From positions 2,868-66,867 of the forward strand of contig JBEIVB010000003.1 in NCBI GenBank assembly GCA_040374085.1: a stretch of 64,000 bases of DNA, in the 5' to 3' direction. This document shows positions 29,911 to 39,054 of this stretch, in pieces. Under the pieces are notes generated by a model. The model searched no databases. It was given only the letters and a program-made list of their open reading frames with translations, and was not told the DNA's origin. Positions within the stretch are counted from its first letter, which is position 1; each line of letters opens with the position of its first letter. Source of the stretch: Flavobacteriales bacterium (GTDB taxonomy: Bacteria > Bacteroidota > Bacteroidia > UBA4408). A program made the translations under genes and the position numbers.

Positions 29911-30780
29911 ATGAAACGATTCCTGCTCCTTATCGTTCTTTGGACTGCTGTAAAAACCGAGGCCCAACAACTCAACAACTCTTCGTTCGATTCATGGGTA
30001 GCAACGGCCAACGACACGCTTCCCGCTCAATGGAAGACATCGGGTTTTGGTGTGGGTAGAACCCTAGGCATGTTTGGCCCTTGGGCACTAGAGGTTTGGA
30101 ACTGGTATTATTATTCCAAAGGATACGCCGTAAACGACCCCAACTTTGAGGCCCTTCCAGCCCCTGCTTTTCAACGCCACCAGGGGCAACCTTTCTCTTT
30201 CCGTCCCGTTGCACTGCAAGGGCTCTACCGCTACCTGCCGGGCGAAAACCAAGGTGCCGCAGATTCGGCCTACATAGCGCTTTCCTTCAAACGCCGCAAT
30301 GCAATCACGCAGCAAACCGACAGCCTTGGGTTTGCCCTCAGGAAATTCCCTCCCACCGAAACGTTTACGCCTTTTACACTCCCCATTCAACTCGCCGGAA
30401 CCGAAAACCCGGACACCTTGTTGGTAGCCATCGTTTCCAGCATCAACGGTTTCTGTGCAGGAAACGGCAATTGTCTGTATTTGAGCGTGGACAACCTTCA
30501 ACTGTTGTATCCTGCCGGATTCGGATTTGCTCTTGCAGAGGAAGCCTGGAGCATACGTGCGGTTGAAAACAGGTGGAAGATAGAAACGGCTGAAGCACTT
30601 GCCGGAACTTGGATCGAGGTGCACAACACGCAGGGCAAGTTGTTGCTGCGCCAATCGCTAAGCCCCTACTCCACCCACATTGATGCAGACGAGATCCCCT
30701 CAGGAATGTATCTTATTCGGCTGATAAAAAGCAACGCAGAAACCAGCCTTACAAAAAAGTTGATGTGGATGCAACCATAA
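29911..30780 (+). CDS. T9SS-sorted protein with PCMD-like (carbohydrate-binding-type) domain
   Basis: Signal peptide ending TEA-Q; NSSFDSW, RPVALQGLYRY, FTPFTLPI, LSVDNLQL; CTD-like EVHNTQGK...IPSGMYLIRL. Confidence 0.75.
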   Translation: MKRFLLLIVLWTAVKTEAQQLNNSSFDSWVATANDTLPAQWKTSGFGVGRTLGMFGPWALEVWNWYYYSKGYAVNDPNFEALPAPAFQRHQGQPFSFRPVALQGLYRYLPGENQGAADSAYIALSFKRRNAITQQTDSLGFALRKFPPTETFTPFTLPIQLAGTENPDTLLVAIVSSINGFCAGNGNCLYLSVDNLQLLYPAGFGFALAEEAWSIRAVENRWKIETAEALAGTWIEVHNTQGKLLLRQSLSPYSTHIDADEIPSGMYLIRLIKSNAETSLTKKLMWMQP

Positions 30781-30788
30781 TCAAATGA

Positions 30789-33122
30789 TTATAGGATAAT
30801 TTGGCACTGTATCATAAATTGTCTTGGAGGACGCATGTTGGCCGGGCGATCCATAACTTCTATATTGAATGCATTGTTCACGATTCCGGCAATGCGCACC
30901 TGAGGATTCAACTGATACGATATGCGGAAGTCGGTAAGGGTTTTGCCGGTGTTGTGGATGCGGCGATACTGCTCCAGTCCGGGAACAATGGTTACGCCCG
31001 ATTGGCCTCCGAAATACGTAAGCACATCTTCTTGGAAAGCCCTGTCTATGCCCTGCATAAAGCTGAGATACCGCACCGAGAAACCCAGCGAGAATCCATG
31101 CCAATCGGCTTGCACATCGGCCTTAAAGGCATGGCGGTTGCGGTATTTTAGAACCCTGCTTGAATCGGAGCTGCTCTTGATGTAGCTGCTGTCTGAATCA
31201 AGCGAAACTCCATCTACCAGGGTATATCCAAGCAGGACCATCAATTCTACTTTATTAATTTTACCCATTCCGTTTATACCGATGTCTAAGCCGCGTATTC
31301 TGCTTTTGCCCACATTAAAAGCCTTAAATCCGGCGTAGTTGACGTAATCCGAAAGAAAAGGGGTTTTGATGGTGGGCGGAATATAAAACCCAAAGGCGTA
31401 CTCCACGGTTTGTTGAAACTCCGACCAAAAAGCAGCGGCATCAACGGCCCCTTTAAATCCTCCAATGGCAAAGCCCTGGCGAATGCCCACCTCGGCGTTG
31501 GAACCTGTTTCGGGGCGGAGATCAGGGTTGGGAAATACTTTTAAGGCCGAGGATGCGGTGGCCGTAAATTTTTCCGCCACAGAGGGGTATCGGTATCCCT
31601 GCCCATAGCTGGCTCTTAAGAAGGTAAACTCGAAGAGGCGATAGTTCAGACCTGTTCGGAAAACGGGTTTCACCGGCAGGTTCTGCAGGGCCACGTAGCG
31701 CGTTCCATTCCATACGGCATCGAGGTCGGCGCGCCCGGCAACATCGTCAATGGAGAAGGCTTCAACGCGCACCCCAGCCGACCACGTAAGGCGCTCCCAA
31801 TTTTTGTCGATCTGCAGGTATGCAGCCCTGTTTATGCCGCTGTGGTTGCCAAAGAGGCTATCGGAGGCAACGCGGTTGAGGATCTGCACGAGGCCGGCAT
31901 TCAGCATCCATCCCTTGCCCAGGCGATGCAGGAGGTTGATCTCAGAAAACAGCACAGAGGCCCTCGATTCCTGGTTGGTGTTGTTTTGGTTTTCGGTAAC
32001 AAAATAGCGGTTGCGGAAGCTGAGGCGGGTGCCTTGCTTAAATTGATACGTCACGCAAGGGTCTACGCTGTAGCGGTTGGTTTGGTAGGTGCTGAGGCTG
32101 TTGGGTGCCGGTATGTAGGCGCCGCTGTCGGCATCGGCCCAGATAACGAATAGGCCGCCCCGTGAGGCTTGCAAGTTGGTAGCCAAGCTAAGGGTTAACC
32201 CTTTTAGTTGAGTAGGGCGGTAGGTGAGGTTGACGTTGAATCGCGCCCTCTGCTCGGTCTCGCCCTGCCGGTAGCCCTGATCGGAAAAAAGGTTGGTGCC
32301 CAAGGTAATGTCCAGCGGTCCTGCTTTTCGTGTGTGCAAAGCCTGAATGCCCTGTGTGATGGGGTTGGCACCGGTCCACCATTTCAGAGATCCGCGCATA
32401 GGGTTGTCGAATATGCCGTTGAAGACCGTAATGCGGGTTTCTGGTTTTAGTCCGGGTTGAACCGTGCGCAGGTTGATGACACCATTAAGGGCAGACGATC
32501 CGTAGAGCACAGAGGCAGCACCTTTGAGCACCTCTACCTGACCCACATTCTCTATAGGCAAGAAACTAAACTTGATGTCGCCGGCATCGCCCGAGAGCAG
32601 GGGCAGATCGTCAACCAGCATCATCACCCTGCTGCCAGCGCCATAGCTGAAGCCGCTGCCGCCGCGTATGCTCACCTGACCATCGTTGATGACTACGCCC
32701 GGCACCTGTTGCAAGGCCGATTCCATGGAGGTGGTGTTCTTGTTTTGAATGAGGTCTGGACGCAGCACATCCATGCTAACGGTGAGGCGCGCAGCCTTCT
32801 GCTCATAGCGCCCGGCCGACACCACCACCGTTTGTATCTCGGCGGCTTTGGGCCGCAGACGGAGCACAGCGGGCAACTCGACGCATGCCGTATCCAAAGT
32901 GGCATAACCCAAAAGCGTAAGACGGAGGGTATAGCCCGATTGCGGGCCAACAGAAACGTTGCCGTTTCCGTCGGTGGCCACCGGAGGCATAGTATTCACC
33001 TTCACCACCACCCCAGGTAAGGGCTCGTTGTTGGATGCATCCAACACCTTCAACCGTGCGGCAGAGGGCTGTGCCCAGGCTGAAACGGCAACCAAATAAA
33101 ACAGAAAAAAAACACTGCGCAT
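30789..33122 (-). CDS. TonB-dependent receptor
   Basis: Signal peptide; VVVSAGR, LQQVPGV, SIRGGSG, EVLKGAASVLYGSSALNGVIN plug motifs; NPDLRPETG. Confidence 0.93.
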   Translation of the reverse strand: MRSVFFLFYLVAVSAWAQPSAARLKVLDASNNEPLPGVVVKVNTMPPVATDGNGNVSVGPQSGYTLRLTLLGYATLDTACVELPAVLRLRPKAAEIQTVVVSAGRYEQKAARLTVSMDVLRPDLIQNKNTTSMESALQQVPGVVINDGQVSIRGGSGFSYGAGSRVMMLVDDLPLLSGDAGDIKFSFLPIENVGQVEVLKGAASVLYGSSALNGVINLRTVQPGLKPETRITVFNGIFDNPMRGSLKWWTGANPITQGIQALHTRKAGPLDITLGTNLFSDQGYRQGETEQRARFNVNLTYRPTQLKGLTLSLATNLQASRGGLFVIWADADSGAYIPAPNSLSTYQTNRYSVDPCVTYQFKQGTRLSFRNRYFVTENQNNTNQESRASVLFSEINLLHRLGKGWMLNAGLVQILNRVASDSLFGNHSGINRAAYLQIDKNWERLTWSAGVRVEAFSIDDVAGRADLDAVWNGTRYVALQNLPVKPVFRTGLNYRLFEFTFLRASYGQGYRYPSVAEKFTATASSALKVFPNPDLRPETGSNAEVGIRQGFAIGGFKGAVDAAAFWSEFQQTVEYAFGFYIPPTIKTPFLSDYVNYAGFKAFNVGKSRIRGLDIGINGMGKINKVELMVLLGYTLVDGVSLDSDSSYIKSSSDSSRVLKYRNRHAFKADVQADWHGFSLGFSVRYLSFMQGIDRAFQEDVLTYFGGQSGVTIVPGLEQYRRIHNTGKTLTDFRISYQLNPQVRIAGIVNNAFNIEVMDRPANMRPPRQFMIQCQIIL

Positions 33123-33126
33123 TGGC

Positions 33127-33134
33127 CAAAGATA
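33127..33134 (-). promoter_or_regulatory. -7 promoter element (TATCTTTG) for TonB receptor
   Basis: TAnnTTTG 4 nt before ATG 33122. Confidence 0.6.
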
Positions 33135-33212
33135 AAGGCCTATGCTTATTCTGCAAATCCCTTCGTTTCAACAACGCTGTTATCTTTACCCCGCACAACG
33201 CACTCCGGCACC

Positions 33213-35615
33213 ATGTGGGCATCTCTTGCATCGTTCATCCTGCGCAACCGCGTGGCCATTATGATTACCTGGCTGTTGCTTACTGCAGCAATGGGGTATC
33301 AGGCCCTGAAGGTGCAGATCAGCTATGAGTTTGCTCGCCTGCTTCCCGATACCGACAGCACCTACGTACAATACCAACGTTTTAAAAGTGTTTTTGGCGA
33401 AGATGGCGCCGTGATGGTCATCGGAACGGAAGACCCCGGACTTTTTGAGTTAAAGAAGATACAAGGTTGGTACGACCTAGGAGAAGCTGTAAAGCACATC
33501 AAAGGCATAAAAGAAGTGGTTTCGGCGCCGCGGGCCTATGTCCTCATGCGCAACGACAGCCTCCAGCGCTTCGACTTCCTACCTGTGCTCCGGGGGCGGC
33601 CAGCCACACAAGCCGATGCCGACAGCCTGAAAACCAAGCTCCTACAACTGCCGTTCTACAAGGGCTTCCTTTACGACGAAGACCACAAGGCACACCTCAT
33701 GGCCATCACCTTTGAGAAGGAGATGCTCAACAGCAAAGCCCGCTTAGCCATGGTGGATACCATTTACCGCTTTGCCGAATCCTTTGCCGCTGAGCACAAC
33801 CTCAAGCTCCATTACTCCGGCTTGCCCTACATACGCACCACCATAGCCCGGAAAATTGCCGGAGAAATGACCATGTTTTTGGGATTGGCCATCTTGGTTA
33901 CCGCCTTCATCTTGTTGGTGTTTTTCCGAAGTCCTACCCCTGTACTGTTCAGCCTCTTGGTGGTGGTAATAGGCGTGATTTGGTCGTTTGGCACCATAGT
34001 ACTTTTCGGATATAAAATTACGGCCCTAAGCGGGCTCATTCCACCCCTCATCATCGTAATAGGCATACCCAACTGCATTCTGATGCTCAACAAATACCAT
34101 CAGGAATATGCAGCACATGGCAACCAAGCAAAAGGCTTAACCCGCATGGTGGAAAAGGTGGGGGTAAGCACCTTTTTCGCCAACGTAACCACCTCCATTG
34201 GCTTTGCGGTTTTTTGCTTTACCAAAGCCGAGATCCTGGTGGAGTTTGGGTTGGTGGCCAGCCTCAACGTAATGGGCACCTTCATTACCTCTTTGTTGTT
34301 AATCCCCATCTTCTTCAGCTACCTTCCGCCTCCTTCGGTAAAGCAAATACGGCACGTAGAAACCCGCATCATTACCCAAACCCTGTTGCGCATAGACTGG
34401 TGGGTGCACCATTACCGCAAAGGCATTTATGCCGGCGTGGTGGTGCTGTTGGTGTTGGCCGCCGTGGGCATGAGCCGCATAAAGGCAGTGGGGTTTGTGG
34501 TGGACGACCTGCCCAAAAACGATCCCATTTACCACGATTTAAATTTCTTTAAGCAGCATTTCAAAGGTGTATTGCCTTTTGAGGTAAGCATCGATACCCG
34601 CAAGCCGGGCGGTGCCATGAGCATGGGTGTGTTGTATAAAATCAACCGCCTCCAAAAACTGTTTCGCGATTATCCTGAATTTTCGAAACCCATCTCCTTG
34701 GCTGAGGCCGTAAAATTTGCGAATCAGGCCTATAACGATGGCGAGGTGCGGCATTACCGCGTACCCTCTGCAACGGATCTGGCGGGCATTTCGCGCTATG
34801 TGGGCGGAGCACGCAAAGGCATCAAAACCTTCCGGGCATTTCTCGACAGCACCAAGCAGGTAACCCGCATCAGCGTGCAGATGGACGATGTGGGCTCGGT
34901 GCGCATGAAAGCCTTGGTGAACGAGCTTCGGCCGCGCATAGACAGCATCTTTGAACCCAAGGAGTACAGCGTTATCCTTACCGGAAACAGCTTGATGTTT
35001 TTAAAAGGGAATGGTTATTTGGTGCGCAACCTCGGCGAAAGTGTACTGTTTGCCATCTTGCTCATTGCCTTGGTGATGTTCACCCTCTTTTCCAGCTTTC
35101 GCATGGTGATCATCTCCATCTTACCCAGCGTGGTTCCGTTGTGCCTCACCGCGGGACTCATGGGCTGGCTGGGCATACCCTTAAAACCGAGCACCATTTT
35201 GGTGTTCAGCATCGCCTTTGGCATTGCTTCAGACGGCAACATGTACTTTCTCACCAAGTACCGTCAAGAGCTGCGTCGCAACCATTTCAGCATCTCCCGA
35301 ACCGTAAGCCTAACCCTAGCCGAAACCGGGGTTAGCATGATTTACACCGCCATCATCCTCTTTTGTGGCTTTGCCATCTTCATGGCTTCCGGCTTCGGTG
35401 GCACCGCGGCGTTGGGCTTGCTCATCTCGGTTACGTTGCTCATCAGCTATGCCTCCAACCTCATTTTGCTGCCTTGCTTCCTGTTGAGCCTGGAACGACG
35501 CCTCATCAGCAAGGCCTTTACCCAGGAGCCCCTCTTTGAATTTTGGGCAGAAGACGAAGACATTTCCCTAGATGCGCTCAAGCTACCGGAAAAGAAAAGT
35601 GGAAAGGAACGTTAA
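33213..35615 (+). CDS. MMPL/RND-family transporter
   Basis: Two repeats of TM-periplasmic loop-5TM; YSGLPYIR, GIPNCILMLNKY, GIASDGNMYFLTKY. Confidence 0.92.
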   Translation: MWASLASFILRNRVAIMITWLLLTAAMGYQALKVQISYEFARLLPDTDSTYVQYQRFKSVFGEDGAVMVIGTEDPGLFELKKIQGWYDLGEAVKHIKGIKEVVSAPRAYVLMRNDSLQRFDFLPVLRGRPATQADADSLKTKLLQLPFYKGFLYDEDHKAHLMAITFEKEMLNSKARLAMVDTIYRFAESFAAEHNLKLHYSGLPYIRTTIARKIAGEMTMFLGLAILVTAFILLVFFRSPTPVLFSLLVVVIGVIWSFGTIVLFGYKITALSGLIPPLIIVIGIPNCILMLNKYHQEYAAHGNQAKGLTRMVEKVGVSTFFANVTTSIGFAVFCFTKAEILVEFGLVASLNVMGTFITSLLLIPIFFSYLPPPSVKQIRHVETRIITQTLLRIDWWVHHYRKGIYAGVVVLLVLAAVGMSRIKAVGFVVDDLPKNDPIYHDLNFFKQHFKGVLPFEVSIDTRKPGGAMSMGVLYKINRLQKLFRDYPEFSKPISLAEAVKFANQAYNDGEVRHYRVPSATDLAGISRYVGGARKGIKTFRAFLDSTKQVTRISVQMDDVGSVRMKALVNELRPRIDSIFEPKEYSVILTGNSLMFLKGNGYLVRNLGESVLFAILLIALVMFTLFSSFRMVIISILPSVVPLCLTAGLMGWLGIPLKPSTILVFSIAFGIASDGNMYFLTKYRQELRRNHFSISRTVSLTLAETGVSMIYTAIILFCGFAIFMASGFGGTAALGLLISVTLLISYASNLILLPCFLLSLERRLISKAFTQEPLFEFWAEDEDISLDALKLPEKKSGKER

Positions 35616-35672
35616 AATCAACCGCGGTTTAAACCGCATGCTTATTTTTGCCGTAATACGATAAAAGACCCT

Positions 35673-36212
35673 ATGAAACGCATTCAATTTTTATTGGTGA
35701 TGGTGGCCTTTACCACCTTCGTTTTTGGCTTTGCCTTAAAACGCAACGGCCCCAGCATTGGCACTCGCGTAGGCAATAAAGCGCCCGAAATGGTGTACAA
35801 GACACCCGATGGAAAAGACCTTTCTCTTTCTAGTGTGAACAGCGGCAAAATGGTTCTCATAGACTTCTGGGCGAGCTGGTGTGGCCCTTGCCGCATGGAA
35901 AACCCAACCGTGGTGCGCGCCTACCAAAAGTTTAAAGATGCCCGATTCGACGATGGCTCCAAGGGCTTCACCATTTACAGCGTTTCCCTCGACCGCGACA
36001 AAGAAAGCTGGAAGCAAGCCATTGCCAAAGATGGACTCGAATGGCCCAACCACGTAAGCGACCTCATGTCATGGAAGTCGGCTGCCGCTGCTCAGTATGG
36101 CATAAACAGCATACCGGCCAACTACCTCATCGATCAAAACGGCGTAATCTTAGCCACCGGTTTAAGGGGACCTGCCTTGGAGGCCGAGCTTGCCAAGCAT
36201 CAAAAGAAATAA
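35673..36212 (+). CDS. TlpA-family thiol-disulfide oxidoreductase
   Basis: LIDFWASWCGPCRMENP, YSVSLD, IPANYLID; TATTTTTG box at 35643-35650. Confidence 0.95.
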   Translation: MKRIQFLLVMVAFTTFVFGFALKRNGPSIGTRVGNKAPEMVYKTPDGKDLSLSSVNSGKMVLIDFWASWCGPCRMENPTVVRAYQKFKDARFDDGSKGFTIYSVSLDRDKESWKQAIAKDGLEWPNHVSDLMSWKSAAAAQYGINSIPANYLIDQNGVILATGLRGPALEAELAKHQKK

Positions 36213-36253
36213 CCCTCCCAGGGTCCATCGCCCTGCTTTTTTTCCGACCTTCG

Positions 36254-36278
36254 AAAGCCCATCCACGTGGGCTTTTTT
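36254..36278 (+). terminator. Intrinsic terminator-like hairpin between tlpA-like gene and dnaG
   Basis: AAAGCCCA-TCCACG-TGGGCTTT running into a T tract. Confidence 0.65.
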
Positions 36279-36281
36279 GTT

Positions 36282-38258
36282 ATGATTCCGGCCGAAACCG
36301 TTGCCAAAATAATCGACACCTCCCGCATAGAAGAAGTGGTGGGCGACTTCGTGAGTTTAAAACGACGAGGCGTTAACCTCTTGGGGCTTTGCCCTTTCCA
36401 CGCCGAGCGCACACCCAGCTTTACCGTATCGCCTGCAAAAGGCATTTACAAATGCTTTGGCTGCGGCAAGGCGGGCGATTCGGTGCGGTTCATCATGGAT
36501 CACGAGCAGCTCGCTTATCCCGAAGCCCTACGCTACCTGGCCCGAAAGTATCAGATAGAGGTGGAGGAGGCACCCATCAGCCCCGACCAGCAAGCCCGCA
36601 ACGACGACCGCGAAAGCATCCTTCAGGTGCTGGCCTTCGCACAAAAAACCTTCAGCGATCAGCTTTGGGATGACGAGGTGGGCAAGGCCATTGGCGAAGC
36701 CTATTTTCACGAACGGGGCTTCATCGAAAGCGTGCAGAAAAAGTTTCAGCTCGGCTACGCACATGCCGATCGCCAAGCCTTTATTACCAAGGCACGTGAA
36801 GCCGGTTTCAAGGATGAGTTTCTGGTCCGCTCCGGAATGGTGAGCGAACGCGAAGGCCGCTTCTTCGACCGATTTGCCGGACGTGTGATGTTTCCCATTC
36901 ACAACGTGGCCGGTAGAGTTATTGGCTTTGGTGGACGCATTCTCACCAGCGATAAGCAGGTGGCCAAATACCTCAACAGTCCGGAAACCGAAGTCTATCA
37001 CAAAAGCCAGGTATTATATGGCTTTTATTATGCCAAGCGCTCCATTATGGCCGCCGATGCATGCTATTTGGTAGAGGGTTACACCGATGTGATTAGCCTA
37101 CACCAATGCGGCATAGAGAACGTGGTGGCTTCTTCGGGAACCTCTCTCACCGTGGAGCAGATTCGACTCATTCGGCGCTTCACCCGAAACATCACCATCT
37201 TGTACGACGGCGATGCGGCCGGCATCAAAGCCTCGTTTCGCGGCATAAACCTGGTGCTGGAAGAGGGCATGAACGTGAGCGTTCTCCTCTTTCCCGACGG
37301 AGAAGACCCCGACAGCTTCTCGCGCAGTCGCAAAGCGGAAGAGGTGTTGGAGTTTCTAAAAAACAACAGCACCGACTTCATCACCTTTAAAACGAAATTA
37401 TTATTATCGGAAACTGCGGGCGATCCGGTAAAAAAAGCCGGCCTCATCCGCGATCTTGTGGAAAGCATTGCACTTATACCCGATGCCATCACGCGCTCGG
37501 TGTATCTGCAACAGTGCAGCCGCACCTTGGAGGTAGAAGAGCAGGTGCTGGTGCTGGAAACCAACAAGCAGCTGCGCACCCATCGCGAGCAGCGCTCTGC
37601 AGCACAGCCTGCCGAGGCAATCACCGATTCCGGACCAGGATTTACCACCACCGAAACACCGGCATCAACGCATGCGGCTCTAGACCTGCCCGCCATCAAC
37701 GAAACCGAGCATCAAGAACGTGATCTCATCCGCATCCTCCTTCTGCACGGCGCAAAAGAGGTGGAGATCGACGTTACCGAACCCGATGGCCGAACCATAC
37801 GAGCCTCTTATCCTGTGAGCACCTTAATCTACACCGAGCTCAACATGGACAACATAAGCTTCGAAAATGCCCTTTACTCAGAAATGTTTGCCCTGCTCGA
37901 AAACGAGGTGTTGGAAGGACGATCTGTTGATGCTCAGTTTTTCCGCACGCAAACCAACCCCGACATGCAGCAATTGGTAGCTACCTTGTTGTCTGACCAA
38001 TACGAACTCAGCAAGCATTGGGAAGAGCGCCACAACATTGTGGTCATGACGGAGCATCAGCAATTGAAAGATGGAATCTATGGCGCCATTTACGCCCTCA
38101 AAACCAAGGTGGTGCTGCGCTTGAAAAAGGAATTGATGGAAAAACTGAAAACCGCCGAAACAGAGGAAGAAATTTTCTTTATCGGCCGTCAGATCATGGA
38201 CTTAGATCAAGCCAAAGGCCACTTTGCCTCCCGACAGGGAAGGGTAATTTTAAAATAA
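36282..38258 (+). CDS. dnaG: DNA primase
   Basis: GLCPFH...CFGCG zinc finger, KYLNSPET, LVEGYTDVI, YDGDAAG, DPDS. Confidence 0.99.
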   Translation: MIPAETVAKIIDTSRIEEVVGDFVSLKRRGVNLLGLCPFHAERTPSFTVSPAKGIYKCFGCGKAGDSVRFIMDHEQLAYPEALRYLARKYQIEVEEAPISPDQQARNDDRESILQVLAFAQKTFSDQLWDDEVGKAIGEAYFHERGFIESVQKKFQLGYAHADRQAFITKAREAGFKDEFLVRSGMVSEREGRFFDRFAGRVMFPIHNVAGRVIGFGGRILTSDKQVAKYLNSPETEVYHKSQVLYGFYYAKRSIMAADACYLVEGYTDVISLHQCGIENVVASSGTSLTVEQIRLIRRFTRNITILYDGDAAGIKASFRGINLVLEEGMNVSVLLFPDGEDPDSFSRSRKAEEVLEFLKNNSTDFITFKTKLLLSETAGDPVKKAGLIRDLVESIALIPDAITRSVYLQQCSRTLEVEEQVLVLETNKQLRTHREQRSAAQPAEAITDSGPGFTTTETPASTHAALDLPAINETEHQERDLIRILLLHGAKEVEIDVTEPDGRTIRASYPVSTLIYTELNMDNISFENALYSEMFALLENEVLEGRSVDAQFFRTQTNPDMQQLVATLLSDQYELSKHWEERHNIVVMTEHQQLKDGIYGAIYALKTKVVLRLKKELMEKLKTAETEEEIFFIGRQIMDLDQAKGHFASRQGRVILK

Positions 38259-38291
38259 ATGCACGATGCGGCCTAAGAGCCGCCTATCCGC

Positions 38292-38939
38292 TTAATACTT
38301 GCGCTTTTTGTGACGGTTGCGCTTACCTTGATTGGGGTTGAGCGGGGTATGGCTGGGCGTGTTGTGGTTGTTAAAATTGACGTGATTTTTATTCCGAAAA
38401 TCAATAAAATTCAAACGTTTGTTTTCTTCTACCTTCAGCTCTCCCTTAGATAAAATGCCAAGCTGCTCGAAAATGGTTTCGTCCATAACCGAGTCGCGGT
38501 TCCAGGCGAGGTAATACTTTTTCATGAGGTTGGCCACCACATCCACCATGGCCGTTTTGCGGTTGGCGTCGTCCAGCTCTACGGCGCGATGTATGAGGCG
38601 CTCCATAATCTTTCCGTAATGGCGGTAGCGGATGTCGCCTTTGGGGTAGTGCATGGGTTCGGGCTTTGCCACAAGAGATTCCGGCGATGGGGCCGGATAG
38701 GGACAATCGGCATCGAGCTCAAAATGGGCGAGAATGTGCAGATGATCCCAAAGCTTGTGCTTGTATTCGGGGTTGTCGCGGAGCTGGGGGTTAAGCTGCC
38801 CCATGTAATCCACGATGGCTTGTGCCATGCGGGTGCGCGTTTCGCGACTGGGTTCTGCCAACGTTAGTTCCACCATGCGCTGCACATGGCGACCATACTC
38901 GGGGAATACCAGAGCGGGCAATTCGGTGTTGTAATCCAT
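38292..38939 (-). CDS. DUF4290-family protein
   Basis: MDYNT, PEYGRHVQ, HKLWDHL, YRHYGKI, MKKYYLAWN. Confidence 0.88.
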   Translation of the reverse strand: MDYNTELPALVFPEYGRHVQRMVELTLAEPSRETRTRMAQAIVDYMGQLNPQLRDNPEYKHKLWDHLHILAHFELDADCPYPAPSPESLVAKPEPMHYPKGDIRYRHYGKIMERLIHRAVELDDANRKTAMVDVVANLMKKYYLAWNRDSVMDETIFEQLGILSKGELKVEENKRLNFIDFRNKNHVNFNNHNTPSHTPLNPNQGKRNRHKKRKY

Positions 38940-39054
38940 GAAGATGAAGAGAAGGCCGTAGCCAATAACAAAACAAAGATATACAATTTCCGAGGTTGAA
39001 CATACCTGCGGATGGGGAGGCCCATCTAAGCCACTTTCGTACTTTTGACCTCCG

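Noticed and set aside
38268-38283. GCGGC-CTAAGA-GCCGC hairpin between dnaG and DUF4290
   Set aside because: Only a 5-bp stem with no T tract on either strand, so not called as a terminator.
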